Below, one piece after another: positions 21,357-31,299 of a stretch of 64,000 bases of DNA. The DNA is taken from positions 2,909-66,908 of the forward strand of contig JBHLLO010000009.1 of the NCBI GenBank assembly GCA_048885535.1, in the 5' to 3' direction. Positions within the stretch are counted from its first letter, which is position 1; each line of letters begins with the position of its first letter. Origin of the DNA: Candidatus Hermodarchaeota archaeon (GTDB lineage Archaea > Asgardarchaeota > Lokiarchaeia > Sigyniarchaeales > SOKP01). The notes below the pieces were generated by a model. The model was not told where the DNA came from, searched no databases, and was given only the letters and a program-made list of their open reading frames with translations. The position numbers were made by a program, and so were the translations under genes.

Positions 21357-22628
21357 TTGATTAAAATGAAAATGCAAGAGAAAATTATTGATGATAAGAT
21401 TCATGAAAAAATGACATTGGATAATGTATTTAAAATTTTTAATGAGAATGTCTTTCCAATGTTAAATGAAGAGGAAAAAAATTATTGTCAAGAACTTCAG
21501 AATTTTTGCTTGGAGCTTCATCCAAAAATAGATAAATCTAAAGATGTTTATGAATTATTTCCTGAATTAGGAAAACATGGTTTTTTGCAGCGCATAAATA
21601 AGTGGAAAGATTTCACGCCCTATGGAATGAAAAAAGAAATCTTATTAGGAACACACCTCTCCTTATTAGACCCTCAACTTGAACTAGCAAGATTGGCAAG
21701 TGGAATCCTATGCGGTAACCCTACCTTTCATTATTATACTCACGGAGGTACTGGAGAAACAGTGCAAAAAGTTCAGGATGAGTTAATGTCTGGTGAAAAG
21801 GTTGGATGTATTGGTATAACTGAACCTGCTCGGGGTTCTGATGCCGTTAATATGACTACGATTTGTACAAAAACTGAAGATGGCGTGATTTACAATGGTG
21901 AGAAAGTATACACCACAAATGGACCTAAAGCAGATTATTTCTGTTGTTATGGAGTCTATGACGAAGCTCAACCAAGAGATACAATGGTTCAAGCAATGAT
22001 AAAGCGTGAATTTGGAGTTCAAACCAATCGTCTAAAAATTAATTCAGTTCCACGCGTACATATTGCTCATACGCTTTTAAATAATGTAAAAGTCCCTAAA
22101 GAATATATTTTAGCTGATGATGGATTAGGTTATGTAAGATTGTTTGAAGGATTAGTACCAGAAAGACTTGGAATTATGGGATCTGGAATCGGAATTTGTT
22201 GGGCTGGATTGATATATGGGATTGTTTATACTAACTTAAGGAAACAATTCGGAAAACCAGTTATCAGATATCAAGGAGTTGGCTATGGATTAGCTGATTT
22301 GCTAACAAAATCAACCGCAGCAACAAGTTTAGCACTTCAGGCAGCAACGATCTATGATGATAAAATTCTTTTTGCAGAAAAACCTTCAAAAGAAGCAGAG
22401 AAGTGGTGTGCCGCGATTTCCTCCCAGGGTAAATATTATACAGCGAAACTCACACACGATATCTGTTACGAAGTACAACAGCATATGGGAGGAGTTAGTG
22501 TCACGGATAATACCCCTGTAGATGAGTTAACGGACGTAAGTAAGATAGAGGAAGTTATTGGTGGGGCAAGAAATATCCAACTTCTTCTCATTCAGTCTCA
22601 GATTCAAAGATTTATGAGATTACTCTAA
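21357..22628 (+). CDS. Acyl-CoA dehydrogenase
   Basis: ITEPARGSD, NGEKVYTTNG, RKQFGKP, QQHMGG, IGGARNIQ. Confidence 0.93.
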   Translation: MIKMKMQEKIIDDKIHEKMTLDNVFKIFNENVFPMLNEEEKNYCQELQNFCLELHPKIDKSKDVYELFPELGKHGFLQRINKWKDFTPYGMKKEILLGTHLSLLDPQLELARLASGILCGNPTFHYYTHGGTGETVQKVQDELMSGEKVGCIGITEPARGSDAVNMTTICTKTEDGVIYNGEKVYTTNGPKADYFCCYGVYDEAQPRDTMVQAMIKREFGVQTNRLKINSVPRVHIAHTLLNNVKVPKEYILADDGLGYVRLFEGLVPERLGIMGSGIGICWAGLIYGIVYTNLRKQFGKPVIRYQGVGYGLADLLTKSTAATSLALQAATIYDDKILFAEKPSKEAEKWCAAISSQGKYYTAKLTHDICYEVQQHMGGVSVTDNTPVDELTDVSKIEEVIGGARNIQLLLIQSQIQRFMRLL

Positions 22629-22715
22629 CTTTTTTTTTATTTTAAAATATGTTTTTGAGAATTATCATGTCTAATAGGAAGTCAAATTGATTTTTCAATT
22701 TTTTAGAAAATAATA

Positions 22716-23051
22716 TTATAAAACATCTTGAGGTTGAATCTCTAAAACTTTAGCTAATTTTTGTTTCTTTTTCTCCATTAGTGGACCAGCAGCAGCCGTA
22801 GCAGGGCCTATTGACCCCATTCCAAGTTTATTATGAATTTCCCAGTATGCTTTTTGGTATATATTCACTTTATTACCCTTATCTTGCTTAAATTCTTTTA
22901 AAGCGTCTTGTATTATCTTTTCTGCAACTTTTTCTAATTCTTTTAGTCTCTGATTTATATATTCTCCGGTTATATCCTTCCCCGTAGTAGGATCAATTAT
23001 TCGTTGAATGAGATTCTCATCTTTTCTCTTCAAATTATTTTCTTTGTCCAT
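22716..23051 (-). CDS. Small hypothetical protein
   Basis: 111-aa ORF with natural composition, lying between the acyl-CoA dehydrogenase end and its relic copy. Confidence 0.7.
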   Translation of the reverse strand: MDKENNLKRKDENLIQRIIDPTTGKDITGEYINQRLKELEKVAEKIIQDALKEFKQDKGNKVNIYQKAYWEIHNKLGMGSIGPATAAAGPLMEKKKQKLAKVLEIQPQDVL

Positions 23052-23102
23052 GATTACAATTTAAATAAATTATTCAATTAATCTTTTAATTTTATTAATA
23101 AA

Positions 23103-23216
23103 TCCGTAGATGAGCTAATGGATGTAAGTAAAATTGAAGAAGTCATATAGGGGCAGGGGAATATACAGTTGTTACCAATCCAATCCCAGATTCAAAGATT
23201 CCTACGATTAATATAA
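23103..23216 (+). pseudogene. Relic of a diverged acyl-CoA dehydrogenase 3' end
   Basis: Translates SVDELMDVSKIEEVI*GQGNIQLLPIQSQIQRFLRLI*, colinear with the last 37 aa of 21357-22628 (29/37 identical by my count); internal TAG. Confidence 0.9.
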
Positions 23217-23432
23217 TTATCAAATAATCTTTTTTTCTTTTTAATAATTTTTCAACCAAAAATTTCTAATTCGATTTCTTGAGAAATCGCAACCACTTTT
23301 TTGAATCCCATTTATGCTTCTTTTCCCTGATGAAATATCGTTCTTTAATCCACAACACCCATTGAAAATTCAGACTGACTTTTCTACTATAGGAAGATTC
23401 CCAAGAGATTCAGATATTAAACGCAAATGAGA

Positions 23433-24218
23433 CTATTCAAGAGATTCTGTTTTCCAATTCAATAATTTTAATCCCCGCGATACTTTAAAATATCCTACTA
23501 TACTAATAATCATGCCAGCAATCCCTATAAAGGCTCCCAAATCTATTAATATATCAAGTAAACTCCCTATAAGGGAAAGTGCATACCCGAGGATAATTAG
23601 AAAAAAGCCTTTATTTACATCCCTACTATTCTGCAAATACGGATTTAATTGATCAAAATTTCGTTTCAAAAAATAAAATCCAAGTAAATAAATTACTCCT
23701 CGCCCTAATTCTATTAATGTGGAGGGTAAATTAATAGATGGAACTTGCTCTAGATAAACATCTAAATTATCTATATCAAAGGATGGATCACTAAAGATTT
23801 CCCAGATTATCTCTAAAACATAATTTACCACGAAAATCGCTATAATAAATAAAATAATTCCAAAAACAATACTTATTGAAAAAAATAGATTAGTTTTCTG
23901 ATATTTATCCCGATATGGGATGTTTTGGTTTTTTGCCTTCCTTAATACTATGATAAGGTTAATCACCAAAATATAAAATATTACTTCGAGAATAAAGGAG
24001 GCTATTAATATAGTCCAAAGAGTCGATTGAAATACATTGAAAATCGCTGATGGGGTTGGATCGCGTATTATAGAAAAAACCATTCCAACAGTTGCTACTG
24101 CGATAATCACTGCCGCAATAATTTGAATAATTGAATAAACCCCAATTCGTCTAAATACAATTCCTAAAGATCGAGAAAATGATTGAAATTTATTTATATC
24201 GTTATCTATCATTATCAT
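23433..24218 (-). CDS. Polytopic membrane protein, hypothetical
   Basis: About 6 TM segments. Confidence 0.8.
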   Translation of the reverse strand: MIMIDNDINKFQSFSRSLGIVFRRIGVYSIIQIIAAVIIAVATVGMVFSIIRDPTPSAIFNVFQSTLWTILIASFILEVIFYILVINLIIVLRKAKNQNIPYRDKYQKTNLFFSISIVFGIILFIIAIFVVNYVLEIIWEIFSDPSFDIDNLDVYLEQVPSINLPSTLIELGRGVIYLLGFYFLKRNFDQLNPYLQNSRDVNKGFFLIILGYALSLIGSLLDILIDLGAFIGIAGMIISIVGYFKVSRGLKLLNWKTESLE

Positions 24219-24442
24219 AAATATCTATGAAATTTCTCCCTTGTTTATGAATATAACTCCTCCTCATATAAATAAACATTTCTACAATTATGTATTTCTT
24301 TAATCCTTTTACAAAAATGTATATGATGATCTTAATGCGGAATATTTTTTATTCAAATGAGAATTTACGGTGATTTCTATGGTTACTATAATAACTAGTT
24401 TATGAATTTTTTTTCTTTTCTTTCCTAATAATTTAAATAGCT

Positions 24443-26851
24443 TTATGCTATTTTTTTTTTAATTTCTTTAATTTCATTTCTGATAAAATTTACGCCCTCT
24501 TCATATTTTAAAAAGCTAAAAATTTCTAAAGATCGTTCATAATTTACAAGAGCTTTGTCATAATCCCCTCTAATCTTACATATTTTAGCTAAATTCATTA
24601 GATCAGATGCTACATTCATCCTGTCACCAATTTCCTCATCAATATGCAATGTTTCTTCAAAAAGATCCCAAGCTTTCTCATAATTCTCAATAGAAAAGTA
24701 TATTCTTGCGATATTACTCATTGTTGCTGCTTTATTAGAAAGATCATTTAAATTGTTATAAATTTCTAATGCCTTTTCGTATCTTTCCAGGGATTCCTCT
24801 AACTTTTTAGTGGATGCTAATATACTCCCTATCTTTGTATGAAGTAAAGCGCTTTTATGTTGATCTCCTATTTCTTCTGATATTTCTAAAGCATCTTCAT
24901 AATACTTTGTAGCTATTGCATAGTTTTTTTTAGATGTATGAATCATTCCTATATTATTAAGGTATATTATTTTCATTAGAGGATCTCCTAAAGAGGTTTC
25001 AATTTCAAGTGCTTCTTCATATTGTTTGAGCGCTAAGTCAAGTTTTCCTTGAGCAAGAAAAATAGATCCGACATTGTTAAGACAACCAGCGATCTTTGCT
25101 TTATCTCCTAACCTTGCAGCGACATCAATCGCATCGTTATAAAAGATTAAAGCTTTTTCTAGTTGATTTTGTTCACTAAAGATCCTTCCAATATTATTTA
25201 ATAGAATTACCTTTCCATATAAATCTCCTAATTCTTCTATGACATGCAGCGCTTCTTCATAGTATGAATATGATTTCTCGTAATCTTCTTGTTGACTAAA
25301 AACTCTTCCAATATTATTGAGTAGTGCTGCTTTTTGCTCAAGAGCTCCAACTTGTTCACTGATCTTAATTGCTTCATTATAAGCATCGAGAGATTTTTGA
25401 TAATCTTTTCTTTGTTCATGAATTCTCCCAATATTATTTAAAGCTGTTATTTGACCAAAATCTTGTTTAAGATCTTTTGACATTTGTAATGAATCTTTAA
25501 AATTATCTAAAGCCATATCATAATGTCCTAAAGTCATTAAAACTGAACCAATATTGCTAACATCAGCTGAAATGCCACTCTTATCTCCTAATTCTTTATC
25601 AATATCATAGGCAACCTTATAATAGTCCAAGGCTTTATCATATTCACCTTTAATCTGATTAAATAATCCCAAATAGTTAAGAAAGCGTGATTTGGAGGAT
25701 AGATTATTCTCTTTCTCAGAAATTTCCAATCCTAAATTAGCCACACGCCTGAGGGAATCAATTTGTTTTAAATCGTAATATAACCGACATGAAAAGCGAA
25801 ATTTTTCAATCTCTTGAATGGTTGTATAGATATCTTTAACCCATTCACCAAAACTCGAGATTTTGCTGTCCTTAATATTTCTAATAACATCTTCTATTTC
25901 CTCATTAGGTAAAATAAGGTCCCATATAAAATCATTAAGAAATGTTTTAGTGTTTACTTTAATTCTGATAACCTCAAATTGATTACTAGACCTAATTTCA
26001 GCTAAAACTTTTCCAATTTGAGACTCGAAATTAATTTTCTTTAATTTTTTTGTTTTTCTAACGGACTCTATCTTAGGTGAATCTTCATTAGAGTGCTCAA
26101 TCCAGATTAAACGATTGAGACTGGGTAACTCCTTAAGAGTTGGGCCAATATCGAAATCATCACTTCCCGAATACCCCATAACAACTAAAGTACGGTTGAA
26201 CATCAATGCTGACATTGCAGGTTTTTTAAAAGGTTCAATAGCAAATGTTACTCCTTCTTCTCGTTCTCTTCCTAAAGCACTGATAGTTGTTATAAGTGAA
26301 TCTTGAGTATTCGAATCACTAATAATATTTCGTTTTGATCCATGTATTTTGTAAATTGGGAATTTTCCGTTTTTAATTAGATCGTATGGTTCTTTATATA
26401 AGAGAAAATCTTCTTTAGTGATAACTGGAATAATGTCTTTATGAAAATCGGAATTTAAAATTTTGAGTAATCCTTGTTCAATTAAGTAATCAAAATTAGT
26501 AGTAACCACATAGTGCCCTCTAATTATGGAAAGAGCTAAAAACAAATGAATTAGATTGGGTTCATTAACCAATTCTAAATAATCCATGAATTTTAATTCA
26601 GCATCAAAGATATCCTGAATTTTTTCAATAACTAGCTCATACCTCAATAAGTCTAGTGAAAATAATTCTTCAATCTCTTCTTCGGGTGCAAATAAGTTAA
26701 GCAAGCTCCATACAATTTGCTTAGCTGATGGCATATTTGTTGGAGCATCCATCGAAATCCCAGCCCCTACTAAAAATGTGTATTTTTCATTAGTTTTGAA
26801 TAAATCACTAATGGTTCCATTAAACTCTGTAAATATCGAATGGCTTGACAA
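24443..26851 (-). CDS. SIR2-like (NADase-type) domain + ~10 TPR repeats
   Basis: FLVGAGIS, VTTNFD, KIHGS, MGYSGSDDFDI; ten ~40-aa repeats of the LNNIG...A...Y..AL.I...LGD type. Confidence 0.9.
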   Translation of the reverse strand: MSSHSIFTEFNGTISDLFKTNEKYTFLVGAGISMDAPTNMPSAKQIVWSLLNLFAPEEEIEELFSLDLLRYELVIEKIQDIFDAELKFMDYLELVNEPNLIHLFLALSIIRGHYVVTTNFDYLIEQGLLKILNSDFHKDIIPVITKEDFLLYKEPYDLIKNGKFPIYKIHGSKRNIISDSNTQDSLITTISALGREREEGVTFAIEPFKKPAMSALMFNRTLVVMGYSGSDDFDIGPTLKELPSLNRLIWIEHSNEDSPKIESVRKTKKLKKINFESQIGKVLAEIRSSNQFEVIRIKVNTKTFLNDFIWDLILPNEEIEDVIRNIKDSKISSFGEWVKDIYTTIQEIEKFRFSCRLYYDLKQIDSLRRVANLGLEISEKENNLSSKSRFLNYLGLFNQIKGEYDKALDYYKVAYDIDKELGDKSGISADVSNIGSVLMTLGHYDMALDNFKDSLQMSKDLKQDFGQITALNNIGRIHEQRKDYQKSLDAYNEAIKISEQVGALEQKAALLNNIGRVFSQQEDYEKSYSYYEEALHVIEELGDLYGKVILLNNIGRIFSEQNQLEKALIFYNDAIDVAARLGDKAKIAGCLNNVGSIFLAQGKLDLALKQYEEALEIETSLGDPLMKIIYLNNIGMIHTSKKNYAIATKYYEDALEISEEIGDQHKSALLHTKIGSILASTKKLEESLERYEKALEIYNNLNDLSNKAATMSNIARIYFSIENYEKAWDLFEETLHIDEEIGDRMNVASDLMNLAKICKIRGDYDKALVNYERSLEIFSFLKYEEGVNFIRNEIKEIKKKIA

Positions 26852-27108
26852 TTCTTATCCCTATACTAAAATGTTGTATGAAAAAATAAATGTCTTAGGT
26901 ATTAATATCTTACTTCAATGTTTAAAACTTTTAGGTACATTATAGGTAAAAAAACACACTACAGTGTAGTCATGCTATATATTGTAACAACAGCAATATG
27001 GATCCTTCGGTAGAGTTGGTTACATACTCCGCTTTGCTGAAGTGTCATAAACAGATCTGAGACTTGTTAAAATGCTAAGATAATTTAAAAAGTAGAAAAA
27101 AAAATTAA

Positions 27109-27567
27109 TTAGATTTTTTTCCTTAAAATTTCTTTAGCTGGAAATACTAAGCCTAGTACTAGCAGTATAGTTCCAATAACGAATATAAACATGCTTCCCC
27201 CGTAATAACCAATAAGCATTTTATAAATTATAAACGTTGCCCAAGGTATACTTCCCCCTAATAAAAGAGCAAACCATGACCATTTTTCACCTTTACGATA
27301 ACTCATGTGATTAATAAAAAGGACAAAAATGCCACATGCTAAAAAGATAAACCCAATTAACTTTTTTGTAATAATATACATTTGGGCATAGACAGGATCG
27401 GTAGTTAAATATACATTATAGGTTGTCCCTGTAAAAACCTCAAAATCACTCACAAACATTATTTCAGTAGCAAATATCCATAATATTGACATTACTACTA
27501 TGTAGGCTCCCATAGCAGAAATAAAAAAAGATCCAATTTTCAACTTTGATGTGTTCATTATTTTCAT
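27109..27567 (-). CDS. Small 4-TM membrane protein
   Basis: Four hydrophobic segments; YRKGEKWSW loop. Confidence 0.8.
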   Translation of the reverse strand: MKIMNTSKLKIGSFFISAMGAYIVVMSILWIFATEIMFVSDFEVFTGTTYNVYLTTDPVYAQMYIITKKLIGFIFLACGIFVLFINHMSYRKGEKWSWFALLLGGSIPWATFIIYKMLIGYYGGSMFIFVIGTILLVLGLVFPAKEILRKKI

Positions 27568-27698
27568 TTAGATTTTTAATGTTGATAATAAAGAGTAAAA
27601 TATAATAACTTTTAAATTGAAATAATTAAATTGAGTAGAACATATATAAAGAAATTAATCCTAATTACTAATTAAACTACTTATTTATAGAAATAATC

Positions 27699-30600
27699 AT
27701 GGAACATGATTTATTCATAAGTTATTCAAGTAAAGATAAAGCAATAGCAGATGCAATCTGTCACACATTTGAAGAAAATAAATTAAGATGTTGGATTGCT
27801 CCAAGAGACTGTCAACCCGGTTCTTATGCAAAATCAATAACACAAGCAATAAAAAGTTCGAAATTGTTAGTTTTAGTCTATAGTAATAGCATTAATTACT
27901 CTGAACATGTTAAACGAGAATTAGATTTAGCAATTAATTATGCTAAAACTATTGTTCCATTTAGAATAGAAGAAGTAAGCCCGTCTCCTGCCATTAATTA
28001 TTATCTTAGCTCAGTTCATTATTTTAATGCAATAACTCTTCCATTAGAATCACATATATTAGAAATAACAAAAATTGTGAAACGTTACCTAGAGATAGAT
28101 AATAGAACACAAAAAGATCTAAATGATTTAATTAAAAAAACTTCTGTTTCTAAAGAAAAAGTCTATGTTATTGACAATTATGATCATGTTATGCACACAG
28201 AGGTACAAAAATCACAATATTTTAGAATGTTAGCACCAGCAGCAACAAAAGGCTCTGTATATCATATTGATATAAAAGAAGGAAAAGTATGTAAGATAGA
28301 GTCAGTTATCAGAGACATTCGAGAAAGCATAATTAAAAATGATGGTTGGATTTACCTAAGCGGAGGTTCAGGTTTATCAAAAACCACTTCTGCAAAAATT
28401 TTGGCTTACAAATTGAAAGGAGAAGGCTTTTCTATTATTTTTACTAAAAAAGTCAAAGAAATTAAGAATTTTATGAATTCTAGTTTAAAAATTAAAAGTA
28501 AAACTCTATTAATAATTGAAGATCTTCATAGAATATCTTATGGTAAAATAAATGAAAAACTACTTTTATTAAATTCTATTACCAATAAGCCGAATGTTAG
28601 CGTCTTATGTATCTCACGTATCCCTTTAGAAAAATTAAAGAGATTTTATATAAGGAATGTAAGAGAAGCACATGAAATAGCAGAAAAATTTAACGAAATC
28701 AAAATGGAAGATTATAAAAGAGAAATTGAAAATGCCAAAAAAGAATTAGTTAAAAAGATATTTCAAGAATTTTTCCCTTTAAATCATATAGAAGAAAGCA
28801 AGATTGATCACTTTCTTAATGAATATGGTGCTGACTTTATTTCACTAGGATTCTCTCTTTTACCAATAATCAATAAAGAGATTAATGATATAAATCAATT
28901 CAATGATTACTTGATTTTTGAAGGTATTTATCAATTTTTAAAGAATGAATTTGAAGAAATTATTGAAAACTATCATATTGATGGAAGAATTCTTCTTGGT
29001 GTCTTTATAGGTGCTTGCTATGAAGCATTATACGATAAGATTGTGACTGTAAATTATTTTGACCAAAATGAAATCTATGAAGGAGATTTATGGATTGCAT
29101 TAGACGCGCTAACAAATCAAGGGCTCTTAACACGATCTAGAGAATGGATTACAAAAAAAAATAATAAGGTTCGTATTGATCAGTTTGGATTAAATCATGC
29201 TAAAATAGCAGAATTTTATATACAAGTATTAAAATCAGGGATTCATTTAAATGAAAAGCATTATAAATGGAATGAGATGGCTATCTTATCTCAATTTAAA
29301 GCAAATTTACCAATTAACTTCGACTTAAAAGAATTTTTTACTTCATTTAATAAGCTTAGAATTATAGACTTATCAAATTCTGGTATTAATGAAATACCTA
29401 AAAATGTAAATAATTTAAGGAACTTAGAAAATCTAATCTTAACTAATAACAATCTAAGATTTCTGCCAGATTCCATTTGTGAATTAAAAAATTTAAATTA
29501 TCTGGATTTATCCTTAAATAAAATGCTTGAATTACCTGAAGCAATTTCTAATTTAAAATCACTTAAAAATTTAAATTTGTATGATAATAAATTGAAAAAA
29601 CTCCCTAATTCCTTTGGGGGCCTCGAATCACTTGAAAAGTTATCTATAGAATTCAATGAATTGACAGAACTTCCAGAAAGTTTCTCAAATTTAAAATGCC
29701 TAAAGAAAGTAAGTTTAGGAGGAAATCATTTGACATTTCTTCCAGATTCTATAGGAAATTTAAACTCATTATTAGTACTAAGCTTATATGATAATAAAAT
29801 AAAAAATCTACCTGATTCTATTGAAAATCTAAATTCACTGGAAACATTGAATTTAATTCAAAATAATATAGAAGAATTACCAAAAACTATCGGTCAATTA
29901 CGAAACTTAAGAAATCTTTATATTAGTGATAACAAACTAAAACAAATCCCGGAATCAATAATTTCATTAGAATTACTTGAAAAATTGGAAGTTGACAATA
30001 ACAATTTAATGGAATTACCTCAAAATGTAGGAGATCTAAAAAATATTACTCATCTTCACTTAGAAAATAATAATCTAAAAGAATTACCCTATTCTATTTG
30101 CGATCTCCTAAAACTTGAAAAACTTTCTTTAAGTAGAAACAAACTAGTATCACTTCCAAAATCAATTGGTAATCTAAAATCTCTGATAAAAATAACTTTA
30201 GGAGAAAACAATTTAACAGAATTACCCTATTCTTTTGCAGATTTGGAAAATCTAAAAGAAATATTTTGCAATAACAATAAGATCGTAGCTCTAAATGAAA
30301 AAATCGGAAACTTAAAAGAACTAATTAATTTAAGTTTGCATGGAAATTTATTAGAATATTTACCAGAGAGTATTTGTAACTTTAAACTCCTTGAAAAATT
30401 AGATTTGGATGCTAATAAATTAAAGATTCTTCCTAAATCGATTGGAGGATTAAAATCTCTTAGAATTTTATATCTCGAGAATAATAACTTAGAACATTTA
30501 CCGGACTCCTTTTGCGATTTGAAATTAATACGGTTAAGATTAAGTGAGAACCAATTAGAAGATCTTCCAAATGATTTTGGAAATCTTAAATTTCTAAGAT

Positions 30601-31043
30601 TTTTAAATCTAAGTTATAATAAATTAAAGAAACTCCCTGAAAGTTTTGAAAACCTTGAGGCATTACAAGAACTATATCTTGATAATAACCAAATTAGTAA
30701 AATCTCATTTCCTATTAACAAGTTAAAGTATCTTGAAGTATTAAATTTATATAATAATGACTTGATTACATTTCCAGAAGAATTATGTTCCTTACCTCAA
30801 ATTGTCTCACTTAATCTAGCTAAAAATAAAATTTCAGAAATCCCTAAATCTATTAAAGACTTAATGAGTTTAAAGAGTTTAGTACTCTCCGATAATAAGC
30901 TAAAAACTATTCCAAAATCGATTAATAAACTAAAAAATTTAAGAGAATTACTTTTAAATAATAATGAATTAAGAAAACTTCCATTTAAGATTAATGAAAT
31001 CGATTATATAGATGATTTACATATAGAGAATAATAAATTATAA
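27699..31043 (+). CDS. TIR - P-loop NTPase (STAND-like) - LRR protein
   Basis: TIR: DLFISYSSKD, CWIAPRD, SEHVKRELDLA; Walker A variant GGSGLSKTT; Walker B LLIIEDLH; 24 full LRRs plus a partial one. Confidence 0.9.
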   Translation: MEHDLFISYSSKDKAIADAICHTFEENKLRCWIAPRDCQPGSYAKSITQAIKSSKLLVLVYSNSINYSEHVKRELDLAINYAKTIVPFRIEEVSPSPAINYYLSSVHYFNAITLPLESHILEITKIVKRYLEIDNRTQKDLNDLIKKTSVSKEKVYVIDNYDHVMHTEVQKSQYFRMLAPAATKGSVYHIDIKEGKVCKIESVIRDIRESIIKNDGWIYLSGGSGLSKTTSAKILAYKLKGEGFSIIFTKKVKEIKNFMNSSLKIKSKTLLIIEDLHRISYGKINEKLLLLNSITNKPNVSVLCISRIPLEKLKRFYIRNVREAHEIAEKFNEIKMEDYKREIENAKKELVKKIFQEFFPLNHIEESKIDHFLNEYGADFISLGFSLLPIINKEINDINQFNDYLIFEGIYQFLKNEFEEIIENYHIDGRILLGVFIGACYEALYDKIVTVNYFDQNEIYEGDLWIALDALTNQGLLTRSREWITKKNNKVRIDQFGLNHAKIAEFYIQVLKSGIHLNEKHYKWNEMAILSQFKANLPINFDLKEFFTSFNKLRIIDLSNSGINEIPKNVNNLRNLENLILTNNNLRFLPDSICELKNLNYLDLSLNKMLELPEAISNLKSLKNLNLYDNKLKKLPNSFGGLESLEKLSIEFNELTELPESFSNLKCLKKVSLGGNHLTFLPDSIGNLNSLLVLSLYDNKIKNLPDSIENLNSLETLNLIQNNIEELPKTIGQLRNLRNLYISDNKLKQIPESIISLELLEKLEVDNNNLMELPQNVGDLKNITHLHLENNNLKELPYSICDLLKLEKLSLSRNKLVSLPKSIGNLKSLIKITLGENNLTELPYSFADLENLKEIFCNNNKIVALNEKIGNLKELINLSLHGNLLEYLPESICNFKLLEKLDLDANKLKILPKSIGGLKSLRILYLENNNLEHLPDSFCDLKLIRLRLSENQLEDLPNDFGNLKFLRFLNLSYNKLKKLPESFENLEALQELYLDNNQISKISFPINKLKYLEVLNLYNNDLITFPEELCSLPQIVSLNLAKNKISEIPKSIKDLMSLKSLVLSDNKLKTIPKSINKLKNLRELLLNNNELRKLPFKINEIDYIDDLHIENNKL
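29355..31040 (+). repeat. Leucine-rich repeat array (~69-bp units, diverged at DNA level)
   Basis: Consensus LxxLxLxxNxLxxLPxSIxxLxx, counted 24 times (23 aa each, one of 22 aa). Confidence 0.95.
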
Positions 31044-31095
31044 AGCCTTTTTAATATTTTAACAATAATATTACTAATTATCGCTATTTTGATAT

Positions 31096-31284
31096 ATGTC
31101 GCATGAAAACAAAATTCTTATAAAATGTCCTAGATGTGGAAGTTTAGATTGTTTTATTGGAGAAATAAACCCTTCTGGGACAACTGATTTAGTTTGCAGA
31201 AAATCAGATTTAGGAAATAGAGGAATTCGTATAAAAGTGACGCTAAAAGGAGATCATACTGAAATATTAGCCTATAAAAGATAG
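31096..31284 (+). CDS. Small Cys-containing protein (zinc-ribbon-like)
   Basis: 62 aa, CPRCGS..C...C. Confidence 0.55.
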   Translation: MSHENKILIKCPRCGSLDCFIGEINPSGTTDLVCRKSDLGNRGIRIKVTLKGDHTEILAYKR

Positions 31285-31299
31285 AGTAATTTTCTTAAA

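Noticed and set aside
23230-23430. Possible second gene relic on the minus strand (…GFKKVVAISQEIELEIFG)
   Set aside because: Several stops and no recognisable homology without a search.
26983-27045. HDV-like or hammerhead ribozyme, or SECIS element
   Set aside because: Required core nucleotides (P1.1 GG, CUGAUGA/GAAA, tandem GA quartet) were not found, and no adjacent gene has an in-frame TGA.
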